In this document: piece by piece, positions 1 through 9,108 of the stretch
Position numbering within the stretch: the first letter of the stretch is position 1
Layout of the letters: the number at the start of each line of letters is the position of its first letter
From: Planctomycetota bacterium
GTDB lineage: Bacteria; Planctomycetota; UBA8108; SXIK01
Length of the DNA stretch: 64,000 nucleotides
Direction of reading: 5' to 3'
Assembly: GCA_965223265.1 (NCBI GenBank)
Contig: OZ244999.1
Coordinates: forward strand, 8,448,001 to 8,512,000
Position numbers and translations under genes: made by a program
The notes under the pieces: generated by a model
Told to the model about the DNA's origin: nothing
What the model saw: only the letters and a program-made list of their open reading frames with translations
Databases searched by the model: none

Positions 1-3000
1 GAGATGTTTCAGTGGCTCGGCTTCGAGGACGGCGCGATCGCTGCTCACAACCGCCTCCAGCGTCCGTGGTCGCGGTGGGGTTACATAGGCCTCGATTCCG
101 GCCGGAGCACCTCGCGAAATCTCCTTCATCAGCATTTGCCTAGCGACTTCTTTCGTCTCGCTCTGGACAAGATTCTCCCAAAGGCGCACGAACGGGAGCG
201 GGTCCGAGCGGTTGTGCGCGATCGCCGCTCTGAATGCCTCGACAGCTTCCACGGGAGAACCCTCGTCTGCATGTACGCGCCCCTCGAGATATGCCGCGAG
301 CGATTGATTCTCCTGCGCTTCGAGAGCCCGGCGAAACGAATCAAGACGGGCGCGATCCTCCTCAGCACTGCGTACGGGCCAGGCGACCACCTCGGGAATC
401 AACGAGAAGTCACTGCTTTGGACGCGGACGTTCAAGCCGACGAGAGCGATGAGGTTGTGCCCTGGCTGGACGACGTGGCTGATATCGATCTCGACAGGTG
501 CGATCGGTTCGGGCGCGTTGGAGACAGTGTTCGGATCGAATCCCGCCGCCCCCGACAGATTGACGCGGGCTGCACCAACACGTTGGCCGTTGACCCACGC
601 AACGAACGCATCGTCGGCGATGACGCGGAGTTTCACGGTCTTGAAGCGCGCGAGATTCGGGATTTCGAAGTGTTTGCGAACGCAGACGCTATCGTACGCG
701 TCGCGCATATCCTTGAGCTCCGTCGCGTCGTCGCCGTCGCCATAGCCGAAACCGCTTGGTGCTCGTTGCCAGTCGATTTCCTCGCTCGCTCCACCTACGG
801 AAGCATCGTCGCGAATCCACGACAGATTTTCGTCGTCGTGTTCCGTGCCGCGGCGAAAGTCCCATTCGTCACCTTCCTCTACGAGATACTCGGGGGCGCT
901 GAGTGCGGCGTCAACGGATGCGCAGGATGCTAACTGTGGCAGAATGGCTCGGCGATACTCGCGTAGGCGCGGAGCCCAGATCGTCGGTGCTCCGGGCAAC
1001 GTCATGGCGAGCTCCAATGTTCTGACGGCCTCGACTCGTCTGCCTGCAGCGAACTCGAGCCGCGATCGCATCGCCAAAAGGAACGGGTCGCCCCTCGCTT
1101 CCAGTGCGCTACCAAGGAGCTGTTCAGCGAATGCGAACGCTTGTTGACCGTGGCGGCGCTCGAGGGCGCACCCAAGGACCTGCCACGGTTCCCAGCGAAG
1201 TACGTCGCGCTCGTCCCGACTCCTCTCTTGCCAGCCGCGTACGAAGTGGCCGATGAGTTCGTCGAGCGTCGAATCGGAAAGCGTTGCCTCCGGGGCGTTG
1301 AGGTAGCTCATGAGCTGCCTGACAACGACCTGCTCTGCCTGCTGGGTCGGCGGCCACTGAATCGCGAGCATTCGGTTGCACCAGACCAGTGACTCTTCGT
1401 ATCGATTCAGGCGGGCGTATGCGAAGGCGAAGTCTCTTAACCGCCAAATGTTCTTTGGGTCGGTTGCGAGCACGACGCGATAGTATTGTAGCCCTTCTTC
1501 GCACCGATTGACCTGATACGAACAGAGCAGATCACCGAGCGCTCGGTTCGCCCGCCAGTTGGTCGGTTCGGCGTCGACCGCGCGGCGCAGTAGAATCTCT
1601 GCGTTCTCAATGTCGTTTTGCAGCGCCAGCCAGTTCGCCAGCACGGTGAGGATGGCAGACGGGACTTCTTCGTTGTTGATCGAGCGGATGAGGTTCTGGA
1701 GGTCTGGAACGTCGTTCTCAAGAGCTTCGTAAAGACGGGCCCGCCAACTCGTCGGCCAGATGGCAGTCGCCACGGCGGTGATCGGTCGCCAGTCGTGCTC
1801 GAGATGTCTGCGCACGAGTGCCCAGTCGTCGAGTGAGAAGGAGAGATCGTCGTCGTCGGTGAGACGGGCGCTACCTAGCAGTTCCGCGGCTCGCGTCGCA
1901 GAGAGAGTGAGGAGATCGACTCCCAGCAAGGACTCAAAGGCGGCTGCGTAAGCAGCATCGATCTCACGAAAGCTTCGTTCTTCACTTTGGATACCAAGAA
2001 GGCCCAAGAGAAAGGCGTGCCGCTTTCGACCGGCTTCTATGGCAGTGAGCAACTCGCGTATTTCTGCGCGGATCTTCGGATCAACATCCTTCGTGGCTGC
2101 CGCCTGGGCCGTTCGCGCGGCCTCCAGGGCCGCGGCCCAACTCTCAAGTTCGTGATCGGCGGAGGTCTCGGCTCGAACGTGGAGACGGGTGACATCACGA
2201 ATCGCCTCGCGTGCCCGCGCGTTAGCCAAACGGGAGGCTTCATGGCGCTCGAACGCGACCCAGCCGACGCTGACGCCGACCGCGACGAGGGCGAGGAACG
2301 AAACAAGCAAGGCTACGGCGCGTGTTGAAGCTCGCGCGGCGCGAAGCTCGGACTTTCTCGCCTGCTCCTCAAGGGATTCGAGATACGACCTGACGGCGTG
2401 CGACACTGCTCTGGCGTCGCGCAGCCGTTTGCGCGGATCGAACTCAAGGCAGCGCCTGGCGAGTTTGATCAGGCGTGGATCTGCGCCGCAAGTATCGAGA
2501 CGCAATGCTGCACCGTCTAACCAGCCACTCTGCGCCTGCACATGGACGTGCTGGATCGTGTCGCCGACGTAAGGCGGTTTACCGGTGAGGATTTCGCAGA
2601 GAATCGCACCGAGGCCGAAGACGTCCGAACGCTCGTCGAGATCATCGACCTTTCCTCTCGCCTGTTCCGGCGGCATGTAGGCAGGTGTCCCGAGGACAGA
2701 GCCGGCGATTGACCGGGGACCGGAGTTGCCGGACGGACTGGTTTCAACGACGCGGGGGTTGCCATCCTGGTTGAGATGGGCCGGTTCTTTGGCGCCACCG
2801 CCGCTAAGGACTTTGGCCAACCCCCAGTCCATGACCTGCACCTCTCCAAACGCACCGACCATGACGTTACTTGGCTTGAGGTCTCGATGGATCACGCCGC
2901 GCGCGTGTGCGTAGGCGAGGGGCTGACAGATTTGCTCGAAGATGCCTAGGAAACGAAGGCGATCATCGGCCGGACTTTCCCTCTCTTCGAGGAGCCGGGC

Positions 3001-3552
3001 CAAGGTCTCACCTTTCACGAGCTTCATCGCGAAGTAGGGTTGCCTGCCGGAGAAAAGCCCCACCTCGTGTACCGGCACGATTCCAGGGTGTTGGAGTTGA
3101 CCGCCGATCTGCGCTTCCTCCATGAAACGGCGCGTCATCTCGACGTTTCGCCGGTAGTCACCCCTTAGGACTTTGAGAGCCACGTCGCGGCCGAGATCTT
3201 CATCGCGAGCCTTGAAAATGGACCCAACACCACCGCTGGCGATGCGACCAGCGATGCGGTATCGACCGATCTGCGCTGGAAGTTCTTTCGGTTCAGCCCA
3301 CGGCTCGATGCGGCTTGGTTCGTCGTTGGTTTCCGGCAGGGTGATGCGCGGGATCATGCCCGTCGCTTCGCCCAAGACCTGAACGACGCTGCGGCGGGGC
3401 GATTCGACGGGCGGCGCGCCGTCGTCTTCGTCCAGGATGATGTCGGTAGGGGCAGAGAACGCGGCGCTGAGACCTTTCGCGAGTCGGTCGTCGTCCAGAA
3501 TCGCTTCAGGGTCGACGGGCGTCGTGTCGTCGTCGGATCGGGAGTCGTTCAT
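1..3552 (-). CDS. Membrane-anchored Ser/Thr protein kinase with TPR-like region and galactose-binding-like domain (3' partial, runs off left edge)
   Basis: Manual translation from ATG 3552: IASGGVGSIF, VALK, HRDLKPSN, DWGLAK, GTPAYMPPEQ; hydrophobic AVALLVSFLALVAVGVSVGWV near 2250-2320; its absence from the ORF track is consistent with no stop before position 1, and spot checks show the frame open. Confidence 0.92.
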   Translation of the reverse strand, partial: MNDSRSDDDTTPVDPEAILDDDRLAKGLSAAFSAPTDIILDEDDGAPPVESPRRSVVQVLGEATGMIPRITLPETNDEPSRIEPWAEPKELPAQIGRYRIAGRIASGGVGSIFKARDEDLGRDVALKVLRGDYRRNVEMTRRFMEEAQIGGQLQHPGIVPVHEVGLFSGRQPYFAMKLVKGETLARLLEERESPADDRLRFLGIFEQICQPLAYAHARGVIHRDLKPSNVMVGAFGEVQVMDWGLAKVLSGGGAKEPAHLNQDGNPRVVETSPSGNSGPRSIAGSVLGTPAYMPPEQARGKVDDLDERSDVFGLGAILCEILTGKPPYVGDTIQHVHVQAQSGWLDGAALRLDTCGADPRLIKLARRCLEFDPRKRLRDARAVSHAVRSYLESLEEQARKSELRAARASTRAVALLVSFLALVAVGVSVGWVAFERHEASRLANARAREAIRDVTRLHVRAETSADHELESWAAALEAARTAQAAATKDVDPKIRAEIRELLTAIEAGRKRHAFLLGLLGIQSEERSFREIDAAYAAAFESLLGVDLLTLSATRAAELLGSARLTDDDDLSFSLDDWALVRRHLEHDWRPITAVATAIWPTSWRARLYEALENDVPDLQNLIRSINNEEVPSAILTVLANWLALQNDIENAEILLRRAVDAEPTNWRANRALGDLLCSYQVNRCEEGLQYYRVVLATDPKNIWRLRDFAFAYARLNRYEESLVWCNRMLAIQWPPTQQAEQVVVRQLMSYLNAPEATLSDSTLDELIGHFVRGWQERSRDERDVLRWEPWQVLGCALERRHGQQAFAFAEQLLGSALEARGDPFLLAMRSRLEFAAGRRVEAVRTLELAMTLPGAPTIWAPRLREYRRAILPQLASCASVDAALSAPEYLVEEGDEWDFRRGTEHDDENLSWIRDDASVGGASEEIDWQRAPSGFGYGDGDDATELKDMRDAYDSVCVRKHFEIPNLARFKTVKLRVIADDAFVAWVNGQRVGAARVNLSGAAGFDPNTVSNAPEPIAPVEIDISHVVQPGHNLIALVGLNVRVQSSDFSLIPEVVAWPVRSAEEDRARLDSFRRALEAQENQSLAAYLEGRVHADEGSPVEAVEAFRAAIAHNRSDPLPFVRLWENLVQSETKEVARQMLMKEISRGAPAGIEAYVTPPRPRTLEAVVSSDRAVLEAEPLKHL

Positions 3553-3666
3553 GAGGTGTCTTGCCTTTCACACCTTCTCCGCGTGGCGATGCGTTTTCGC
3601 CGCGGAAAAATCGAGCGTTTCGGCTCTTTCGGCGGATCGAACCAAAGAACCGTGCTGGGGCATCTC

Positions 3667-4341
3667 TCATCCGAGGAGGTCGATCAACGCCACACACTGC
3701 CGCTGGACGTCGGCTGCGTTTCCTGGGTGATGCCGTGCGACGACTTCAACAAGAGCGGCCTCGAACTCGCGTCGCGCGCGGGCGTATTCCTTGTGCAGGC
3801 GATCCGGAGCGACCTCCCAGCGCCGGGCAATTTCGCGGATCGGAAGGTCCTCTCGAAAGCGAGCCTGGAGGAGCTCGACGCGGCGCATGGCGTCCGCCCC
3901 ATTGGCCTGCGCTCGTTCCTCCTGCAATCGCGCCGCCTCGCTGAGAATTGCCGTGGCCCACGCCCGATCGAAGACCCGGGAGAGGGACGGAGCATCAGCT
4001 TCGAGATCGTCGGGGTCGACGACGCACGGCGGACCGTCGCGCCGCGCCGAGCGTTCAAACCGCAGCGCCACGATGCGTGTGACACCGTAGAGGAAGGCAC
4101 GAAACCCGCCAGCCCGCTCACGCTCGAATCGACTGAGTGTACCGCGCTCGCGAAAGCAGTCGACGAAGACTTCCTGGACTGCGTCGTCGAGCTCCGCCAT
4201 GTATCGCGTGCCTTGCCACCGCGCCCGCAGATAGGAGCGAATCACCGGCGCGTAGCGCGTCGCGAAATCGTCGCGAGCACGAAGGTGTCCCTGGGCGGCG
4301 GCTTGAATCACGTTCCAGCAAGTCGAATCGGAAGAAGCCAT
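3667..4341 (-). CDS. ECF RNA polymerase sigma-70 factor, planctomycete type
   Basis: STCW..I...ARDDFATRYAPVIRSY, DDAVQEVF, GFRAFLYG (sigma2) and IREIARRW HTH (sigma4); ATG 4341 lies 1 nt after the upstream TGA. Confidence 0.88.
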   Translation of the reverse strand: MASSDSTCWNVIQAAAQGHLRARDDFATRYAPVIRSYLRARWQGTRYMAELDDAVQEVFVDCFRERGTLSRFERERAGGFRAFLYGVTRIVALRFERSARRDGPPCVVDPDDLEADAPSLSRVFDRAWATAILSEAARLQEERAQANGADAMRRVELLQARFREDLPIREIARRWEVAPDRLHKEYARARREFEAALVEVVARHHPGNAADVQRQCVALIDLLG

Positions 4342-4342
4342 C

Positions 4343-5056
4343 TCAACTGCTAATTTGAGCGATTGCGCTCTGAACCGTCGTGCGAAACTTCTCGTCCTCG
4401 TCTTCGAGCATCGTCCGCAGGGTTGGAATGGCGTCGGAGGCCGCTGGGCCGAGCGACGCCAGGAGAAGAGTCGCACAGATTCTTACTTGATAGTCTTCGC
4501 CGGGCCGGCTCGTCGGCGACTCGATCATGTCTACGAGCAGTGGCACCGTCGCTTTTTGGTGGCGCTGAGCGATGTGTGCTATCGTCGAGTAGACGAATTC
4601 AATCGAGGCATTATCGGATCGTGCTACGTCTGATTCCGTCTCGATCAGTGAATGCAAGAGGCTCAATAGTTTCCGCGCGGTCTCGACGTCGCCGTTCGCG
4701 CTGAGCCACTCGAAAGCTGCTTCCTGACGTTCCATAGAGTCGACGTAGATCTCCTCAAGAAACAACTCATTGGCTAGGGCTGGCATCCCGACAGCCGCGG
4801 CTTCCCTGGCGACTGTGTCTCGAGTTTCTTCGTCGCTTTCGTGAAAGCGACTCCGGAACCAAGCTGAGACGACTTTCTGTCCACCAAGCTCGACGAGGCG
4901 CGCGGCCAGCCGCTGTTTGCCTGTCGTCCCTTCACGTTCGAAGCGCCAGGTTGTCCACTCTCGCACGAGCGGGCGCCTCACAAACGTGCCGGTCAGGACG
5001 ACGATCGCCGTGGCGGTAAAAACGAAAACCGTCGTCTTTCGTCCGTTTCGTGGCAT
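4343..5056 (-). CDS. HEAT-repeat protein with N-terminal membrane anchor
   Basis: Hydrophobic N-terminus; VRICATLLLASLGPAASDAIPTLRTMLEDEDEKFR HEAT/PBS-like repeat; AGGAG RBS upstream. Confidence 0.78.
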   Translation of the reverse strand: MPRNGRKTTVFVFTATAIVVLTGTFVRRPLVREWTTWRFEREGTTGKQRLAARLVELGGQKVVSAWFRSRFHESDEETRDTVAREAAAVGMPALANELFLEEIYVDSMERQEAAFEWLSANGDVETARKLLSLLHSLIETESDVARSDNASIEFVYSTIAHIAQRHQKATVPLLVDMIESPTSRPGEDYQVRICATLLLASLGPAASDAIPTLRTMLEDEDEKFRTTVQSAIAQISS

Positions 5057-5139
5057 GGAACGGTCTCCTGGAGGGCGGCGAACGACTTTAGGCTCTCACC
5101 TGTGCTTTGGCGGCCGCAAAAGAAATCTCAAGAGACCTC

Positions 5140-5167
5140 TTGCATTTGACCGAACGTTCGGTATGAT
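5140..5167 (+). promoter_or_regulatory. Probable sigma-70 promoter of tetR with operator in the spacer
   Basis: TTGCAT-N16-TATGAT; perfect palindrome ACCGAACGTTCGGT at 5149-5162. Confidence 0.7.
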
Positions 5168-5216
5168 CTGTGCACAGGGACCTAGTAAGGTCAAAACCAA
5201 GAAGACCAGAACAGAA

Positions 5217-5786
5217 ATGCCCACGACCCGCGTTGAACCCGATCATCTGATGGACCGCCTGACCGAGGTGTTTCGCACCGTCGGCTATGACGGCGCCACG
5301 CTCAGCAAGCTCTCCGAGGCGACTGGGCTTCGGCGAGCAAGCCTCTACCACCGCTTCCCGGGTGGCAAGCAGGAGATGGCGGAAGCTGTTCTTTCGCGTG
5401 CTGGGACCTGTTTTCAGCAGCACATTCTCGGCCCGCTCACCGGGCCGGGGACGCCCGTGGAGCGGCTCGAGACGATGGCCCGGGAGCTCGACGACTACTA
5501 CTGCCGCGGCCGGGCACCGTGCCTGCTCGACACTCTGTCGTTTGGTGAGGGCGGCGACATTTTTGAGACGCATATCAAGGAGTCGTTCACCAAATGGATC
5601 GGTGCGTTGGCCCAGCTTGTCACTGAGGCGACGAGTTGTTCGAAGGCCGAAGCACGCGAGCGCGCTGAGGAGGCTGTGGTCCGGATTCAGGGCGCTCTGG
5701 TGTTGGTACGTGGAACACGAAGCAGCAAGGTCTTTCGACGTGTCCTCCAGTCTTTGCCTTCCGTGCTGCTCGAGGGAAGGAGGTGA
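5217..5786 (+). CDS. TetR/AcrR family regulator (LmrA/YxaF-like)
   Basis: GYDGATLSKLSEATGLRRASLYHRFPGGKQEM HTH; start moved to ATG 5217, downstream of the promoter. Confidence 0.92.
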   Translation: MPTTRVEPDHLMDRLTEVFRTVGYDGATLSKLSEATGLRRASLYHRFPGGKQEMAEAVLSRAGTCFQQHILGPLTGPGTPVERLETMARELDDYYCRGRAPCLLDTLSFGEGGDIFETHIKESFTKWIGALAQLVTEATSCSKAEARERAEEAVVRIQGALVLVRGTRSSKVFRRVLQSLPSVLLEGRR

Positions 5787-5856
5787 TTCGACCAGCGTTA
5801 ACTCTCATAGATTCCGGAATGTCATTTCTTGGAACTATTTTTTTTGGAACTACGTG

Positions 5857-5874
5857 TTACCGAACGTTCGGTAA
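5857..5874. promoter_or_regulatory. Second TetR-type operator
   Basis: Perfect 18-bp palindrome TTACCGAACGTTCGGTAA, same core as 5149-5162. Confidence 0.8.
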
Positions 5875-6123
5875 AAAGCAAAGACAGACCCATGAAGGCA
5901 GCCATCACATAGAAAACCCAGTTCCCCAATCAGGCGTAGTTCCAGCGAATCCAACAGGCTGGTGTTGCGCTGCAGGCATGAGCGAGAGGAGGTGTCCAAC
6001 GACATGAGATCCTGCGACTCGAGGCTTTGGGTTGCGAGTCAGGACCAAGTTTGAGCACACACTGTTGCGAATCTTAATCACACAAAACGGCGGTCGACCA
6101 GCCGCCATTCAAGGAGACAAGAC

Positions 6124-6645
6124 ATGAAGGCTTTCTACACGATTTCAGCCGTCGCCATTCTCAGTGCCGTGACGATCGGTTGCTTTTCGCAAGCCGAATC
6201 AGCCAGCCCGGGAGCACCAGAGTTGATCGAACAGACCGAGCCAAGCCGCGCCTACTTGCACGCATACAACCTTCCCTCCCACGGCGTCGCTATTGACGGC
6301 TATTGCCCCGTCGCTTACTTCGCCGTGAACAAACCGGTCAAAGGCAAGCCCCAGCACGCGTCTGTTCACAACGACGTTACCTACTACTTCGTCAATGCGG
6401 ACGCCAAGAAGGCGTTCGATGCTGACCCAGAAAAGTATTTGCCGGCCTACGGCGGCTGGTGCGCGTTCGGCATGGCCGTGGAGGACAAGTTCCCGATCGA
6501 TCCAGAGAGCTTCAAAATCGTCGACGGAAAGTTGCTCCTCTTCCTCAAAAACGATGGCGTCGATGCTCTTCAGCTCTGGAACGACGGTGACGAGAAGGCC
6601 CTGCTTAAGAAGGCCGATGCCCACTGGTCGAAAGTCCAAGGGTGA
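6124..6645 (+). CDS. YHS-domain (seleno)protein family member, Cys form, probable lipoprotein
   Basis: DGYCPVAYF, TYYFVNADAKKAFDADPEKYLPAYGGWCAFGM; lipobox-like TIGC; AAGGAG RBS. Confidence 0.88.
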   Translation: MKAFYTISAVAILSAVTIGCFSQAESASPGAPELIEQTEPSRAYLHAYNLPSHGVAIDGYCPVAYFAVNKPVKGKPQHASVHNDVTYYFVNADAKKAFDADPEKYLPAYGGWCAFGMAVEDKFPIDPESFKIVDGKLLLFLKNDGVDALQLWNDGDEKALLKKADAHWSKVQG

Positions 6646-6662
6646 ACGACGGCACGTCCGCC

Positions 6663-6700
6663 GGGGCGCGCCCGCGAACCTTCGGGGTTGGGCGCGCCCC
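6663..6700 (+). terminator. GC-rich hairpin after YHS gene
   Basis: GGGGCGCGCCC...CTTCGG...GGGCGCGCCCC 18 nt after the stop; no clear U tract. Confidence 0.5.
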
Positions 6701-6745
6701 TCGCCAGTAACCCAACGGGTTCCAAAGGATGACGGTTGTGCGGCG

Positions 6746-6994
6746 ATCGTCGATGAACAGGTCTCAGGGCCGTATCGACTTTGGATTCACGGACATTCGT
6801 TCGAACCACCGCCGCAAGGAACCCCGGTCGAGAGCCACGTTCGATGCCGACTGCCCGGAGGCGGCATCGTGCGCGGTCTCTTCGTTCGACCTGACCTCGA
6901 GAACATCTTCGACTACCGCGAAGAGCAGCTCCGGCGTCTCGAGTCTGAAACGCTGGGCTGCGACTTGTCCGACGATCCTGCCGCCACGTCTTAA
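6746..6994 (+). pseudogene. 3' remnant of SRPBCC-family gene
   Basis: IVDEQVSGPYRLWIHGHSFE...LPGGGIVRGLFVRPDLENIFDYREEQL resembles an SRPBCC C-terminal half; no start or N-terminal half. Confidence 0.65.
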
Positions 6995-8524
6995 GAGGGT
7001 CCGCAGCCGACTTCCGTCTTCGTCGATCGCGCTCTTCCCTTCGCTCTGCTCGCTCAGCGTGAGCATTAGGCGCTCGCCGATCGCCTGGCGCAGCCACCTG
7101 TTGGTCGCCCCATACTCCCGGACCACGTTGCCGTTGGGATGGTCGCGCACGATTCGGCGCATGTTCGCAAGTGTCTGATCGTGGTCGTCGCCGTAGTACG
7201 AAGACATGACCGCGGCGTTGTAGAGAGCTTCGTCGGCGAGTGTGCTGTGCGGAAATCTTTCAGCGAAGGCTTGGAATCCGAGGCCCATGGCAACGCCGCG
7301 GCGGCCGGCGCGCCAGAGGCAGAGCGGGACCGAGTAGGCGACGGCTTCCGTCTCGCTGTAGCCCGGGTAGCGATCGAGGATCTCCAGGAAGTGCATTGCC
7401 GCCTGTCGGTATCCGGTATGGGGCGGCAGCGCGGAGGTTGCCTCCTCGAGTGGGCAGGGGGCGACATTCCATCGTCCCTCGGGAGCTTCCCTGCCGTCGA
7501 AGACGCTGGCGAAAAGTGACCTCCCGTCATGGAAACAGATGCGTGCGGCCGCGTGGAGAAGTGCTGCGCTGCGCTCGGGGTCGGTTTCACGCCAGGCACG
7601 ATCTTCGTACCCCGCGAGCTGCCGGCAACCCATGAGTTGCTGCGCCGCTGCGTTCCAATGCATGTCGCGCCGCCACTGCGATTTTCGTACACCCAGGCAC
7701 CAACGCGCCTCCAAGACTTCATTCTCGCCTGGTGGGTCGAGCCAGGTCGCCAACTCTTCGCGTGCCGCCCCGTCCACGTCGAAGAACGCTTCGAAGTACT
7801 CAGTAGCTAGAGAGTAACGCTGCTCGCGAAGGAAGTGGACAGCCGCGGCATACGTCGAAAGGGCGCGCAAGTGCGGCGGGCAATCGGTGCGTAGCCATGC
7901 AGCGATCGCGTCACCATCGACGTCGACGTCGAGAATGTTCTTTATGTTCACGATGATGCGCTCGCGGCAGTCTCCGTCCGGCGCATGAAGAGCCCGGTGA
8001 AGAGTTTCAACCGCCTGCAAGGGTCTGCCCCGTCTCAACTCGGCGGCGGCGACGCGGCACCAAGCGTCGTCGGCCGCAGGGTGACGCGGATAGAGCGAGA
8101 GCCAATTGCGCAGCTCGCTCGCATTCTGGTCGTCAACACGGCTCCAACGTTTGACGAGCCCGGTGCCCCAGCTGACCTTGCTGTTGAAGTAGTGCCCCAC
8201 GATCCTTTCGTACGCCACGACACCCTGAGCGAGTGGCTCATTCGGATAGTGCTTGGTCAGCAGCTGGAGCGCACGGATTTGTGCCTTCGGGTGGCGGTTG
8301 TTGCGTGCGTACTGTGTGAGGTAGCGCGCGCCGACCGGATGGTTGAGCTCCGCGAGGCTCTTGAGGCCGTCGCCCGTGCGGCGAACGACGCGATCATTGT
8401 ATCGTTTGGCTCGCAGACTGACGATCGAGTTGGAACCAAAGACTCCAAGAACGCAGAACGCGGTCACAGCTGCCAGCACAACGAACACGCGGCGCGATCG
8501 ACGCCGTCTTGATCCAGCAGGCAT
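6764..8524 (-). CDS. Membrane-anchored TPR-repeat protein (BamD/YbgF-like repeats)
   Basis: N-terminal TM after a basic stretch; repeats LSLYPRHPAADDA, LDRYPGYSETEAV, AERFPHSTLADEALY; C-terminal ~75 aa overlap the SRPBCC relic and are doubtful. Confidence 0.78.
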   Translation of the reverse strand: MPAGSRRRRSRRVFVVLAAVTAFCVLGVFGSNSIVSLRAKRYNDRVVRRTGDGLKSLAELNHPVGARYLTQYARNNRHPKAQIRALQLLTKHYPNEPLAQGVVAYERIVGHYFNSKVSWGTGLVKRWSRVDDQNASELRNWLSLYPRHPAADDAWCRVAAAELRRGRPLQAVETLHRALHAPDGDCRERIIVNIKNILDVDVDGDAIAAWLRTDCPPHLRALSTYAAAVHFLREQRYSLATEYFEAFFDVDGAAREELATWLDPPGENEVLEARWCLGVRKSQWRRDMHWNAAAQQLMGCRQLAGYEDRAWRETDPERSAALLHAAARICFHDGRSLFASVFDGREAPEGRWNVAPCPLEEATSALPPHTGYRQAAMHFLEILDRYPGYSETEAVAYSVPLCLWRAGRRGVAMGLGFQAFAERFPHSTLADEALYNAAVMSSYYGDDHDQTLANMRRIVRDHPNGNVVREYGATNRWLRQAIGERLMLTLSEQSEGKSAIDEDGSRLRTLLRRGGRIVGQVAAQRFRLETPELLFAVVEDVLEVRSNEETAHDAASGQSASNVALDRGSLRRWFERMSVNPKSIRP

Positions 8525-8676
8525 CGCGACTCTCCTTCACTTCTCTCGAGCCGTGCGCGCGGATTCTCTTCGTCCTCTCGTCAGACGATTCTAACGCCGG
8601 CGGCGAGAAAGCGAAGCAAAATGGGTGCTGGACTGATGCTCGGCGAGTACCGGGCGATTCGCGCCGGCTGGATCGA

Positions 8677-8797
8677 CTTCCTTTGTTTCCTCCGTTCCCT
8701 CAGCCTTCTTTTCAGGCAGGCTGTTGAGACCTTCCGAGTGCCGTTTTGGTGGTCGCAACGGACATCGAAACAGGAGGCAACAAAGGAAACGAAGAGG
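8677..8797. repeat. Inverted purine/pyrimidine-rich repeat enclosing a MITE-like end
   Basis: TTCCTTTGTTTCCTCC versus inverted GGAGGCAACAAAGGAA (15/16); CTTTTCAGGCAGGCTGTT at 8708-8725 identical to 53307-53324. Confidence 0.6.
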
Positions 8798-8931
8798 TGC
8801 GCCGTCGGCCACCGCCATGCGGCAGGCCACGCCCGCTAAGCGCCCAAAGCTTGGACGTTAAGAGACCTGGTTCCGCTCGAAGCATCCTCTACGGGCTACT
8901 CACTCGACTTCGTCGTTCGCCTTACACGAAT

Positions 8932-9018
8932 TCACGCGGCGACTTCGCTCAGTTCGTGTCCGTAGACATCGGTGAGGCGAGAATCACGGTCGGCCTGGCG
9001 ATAGGTGAGGCGCTCATG
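8932..9018 (-). pseudogene. C-terminal remnant of a DUF1501 gene
   Basis: Translates HERLTYRQADRDSRLTDVYGHELSEVAA*, matching the end of the intact DUF1501 protein in this window ([27 protein letters not shown]). Confidence 0.7.
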
Positions 9019-9049
9019 ACCTCTCTCTATCGGGACGAATGCGCCGAAC

Positions 9050-9090
9050 CGCCGCCGGACCCTGCGATTGGTTCGTGGGGGCCGGCGGCG
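9050..9090 (-). terminator. Hairpin downstream of Gfo/Idh/MocA gene
   Basis: CGCCGCCGG-A-CCCTGCGA...TCGTGGGG-G-CCGGCGGCG 19 nt past the stop. Confidence 0.5.
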
Positions 9091-9108
9091 CGGAGATTTG
9101 GTCGCCCC

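Noticed and set aside
4-933. 309-aa plus-strand ORF (also 1141-1392, 1618-1836, 1987-2328)
   Set aside because: Same-register antisense shadows of the minus-strand kinase; no protein motifs
5875-6123. Leader peptide or riboswitch before the YHS gene
   Set aside because: Only very short ORFs (e.g. MKAAIT*) and no recognisable riboswitch motif
6124-6645. Selenocysteine in the YHS protein
   Set aside because: No in-frame TGA; the candidate positions are Cys codons
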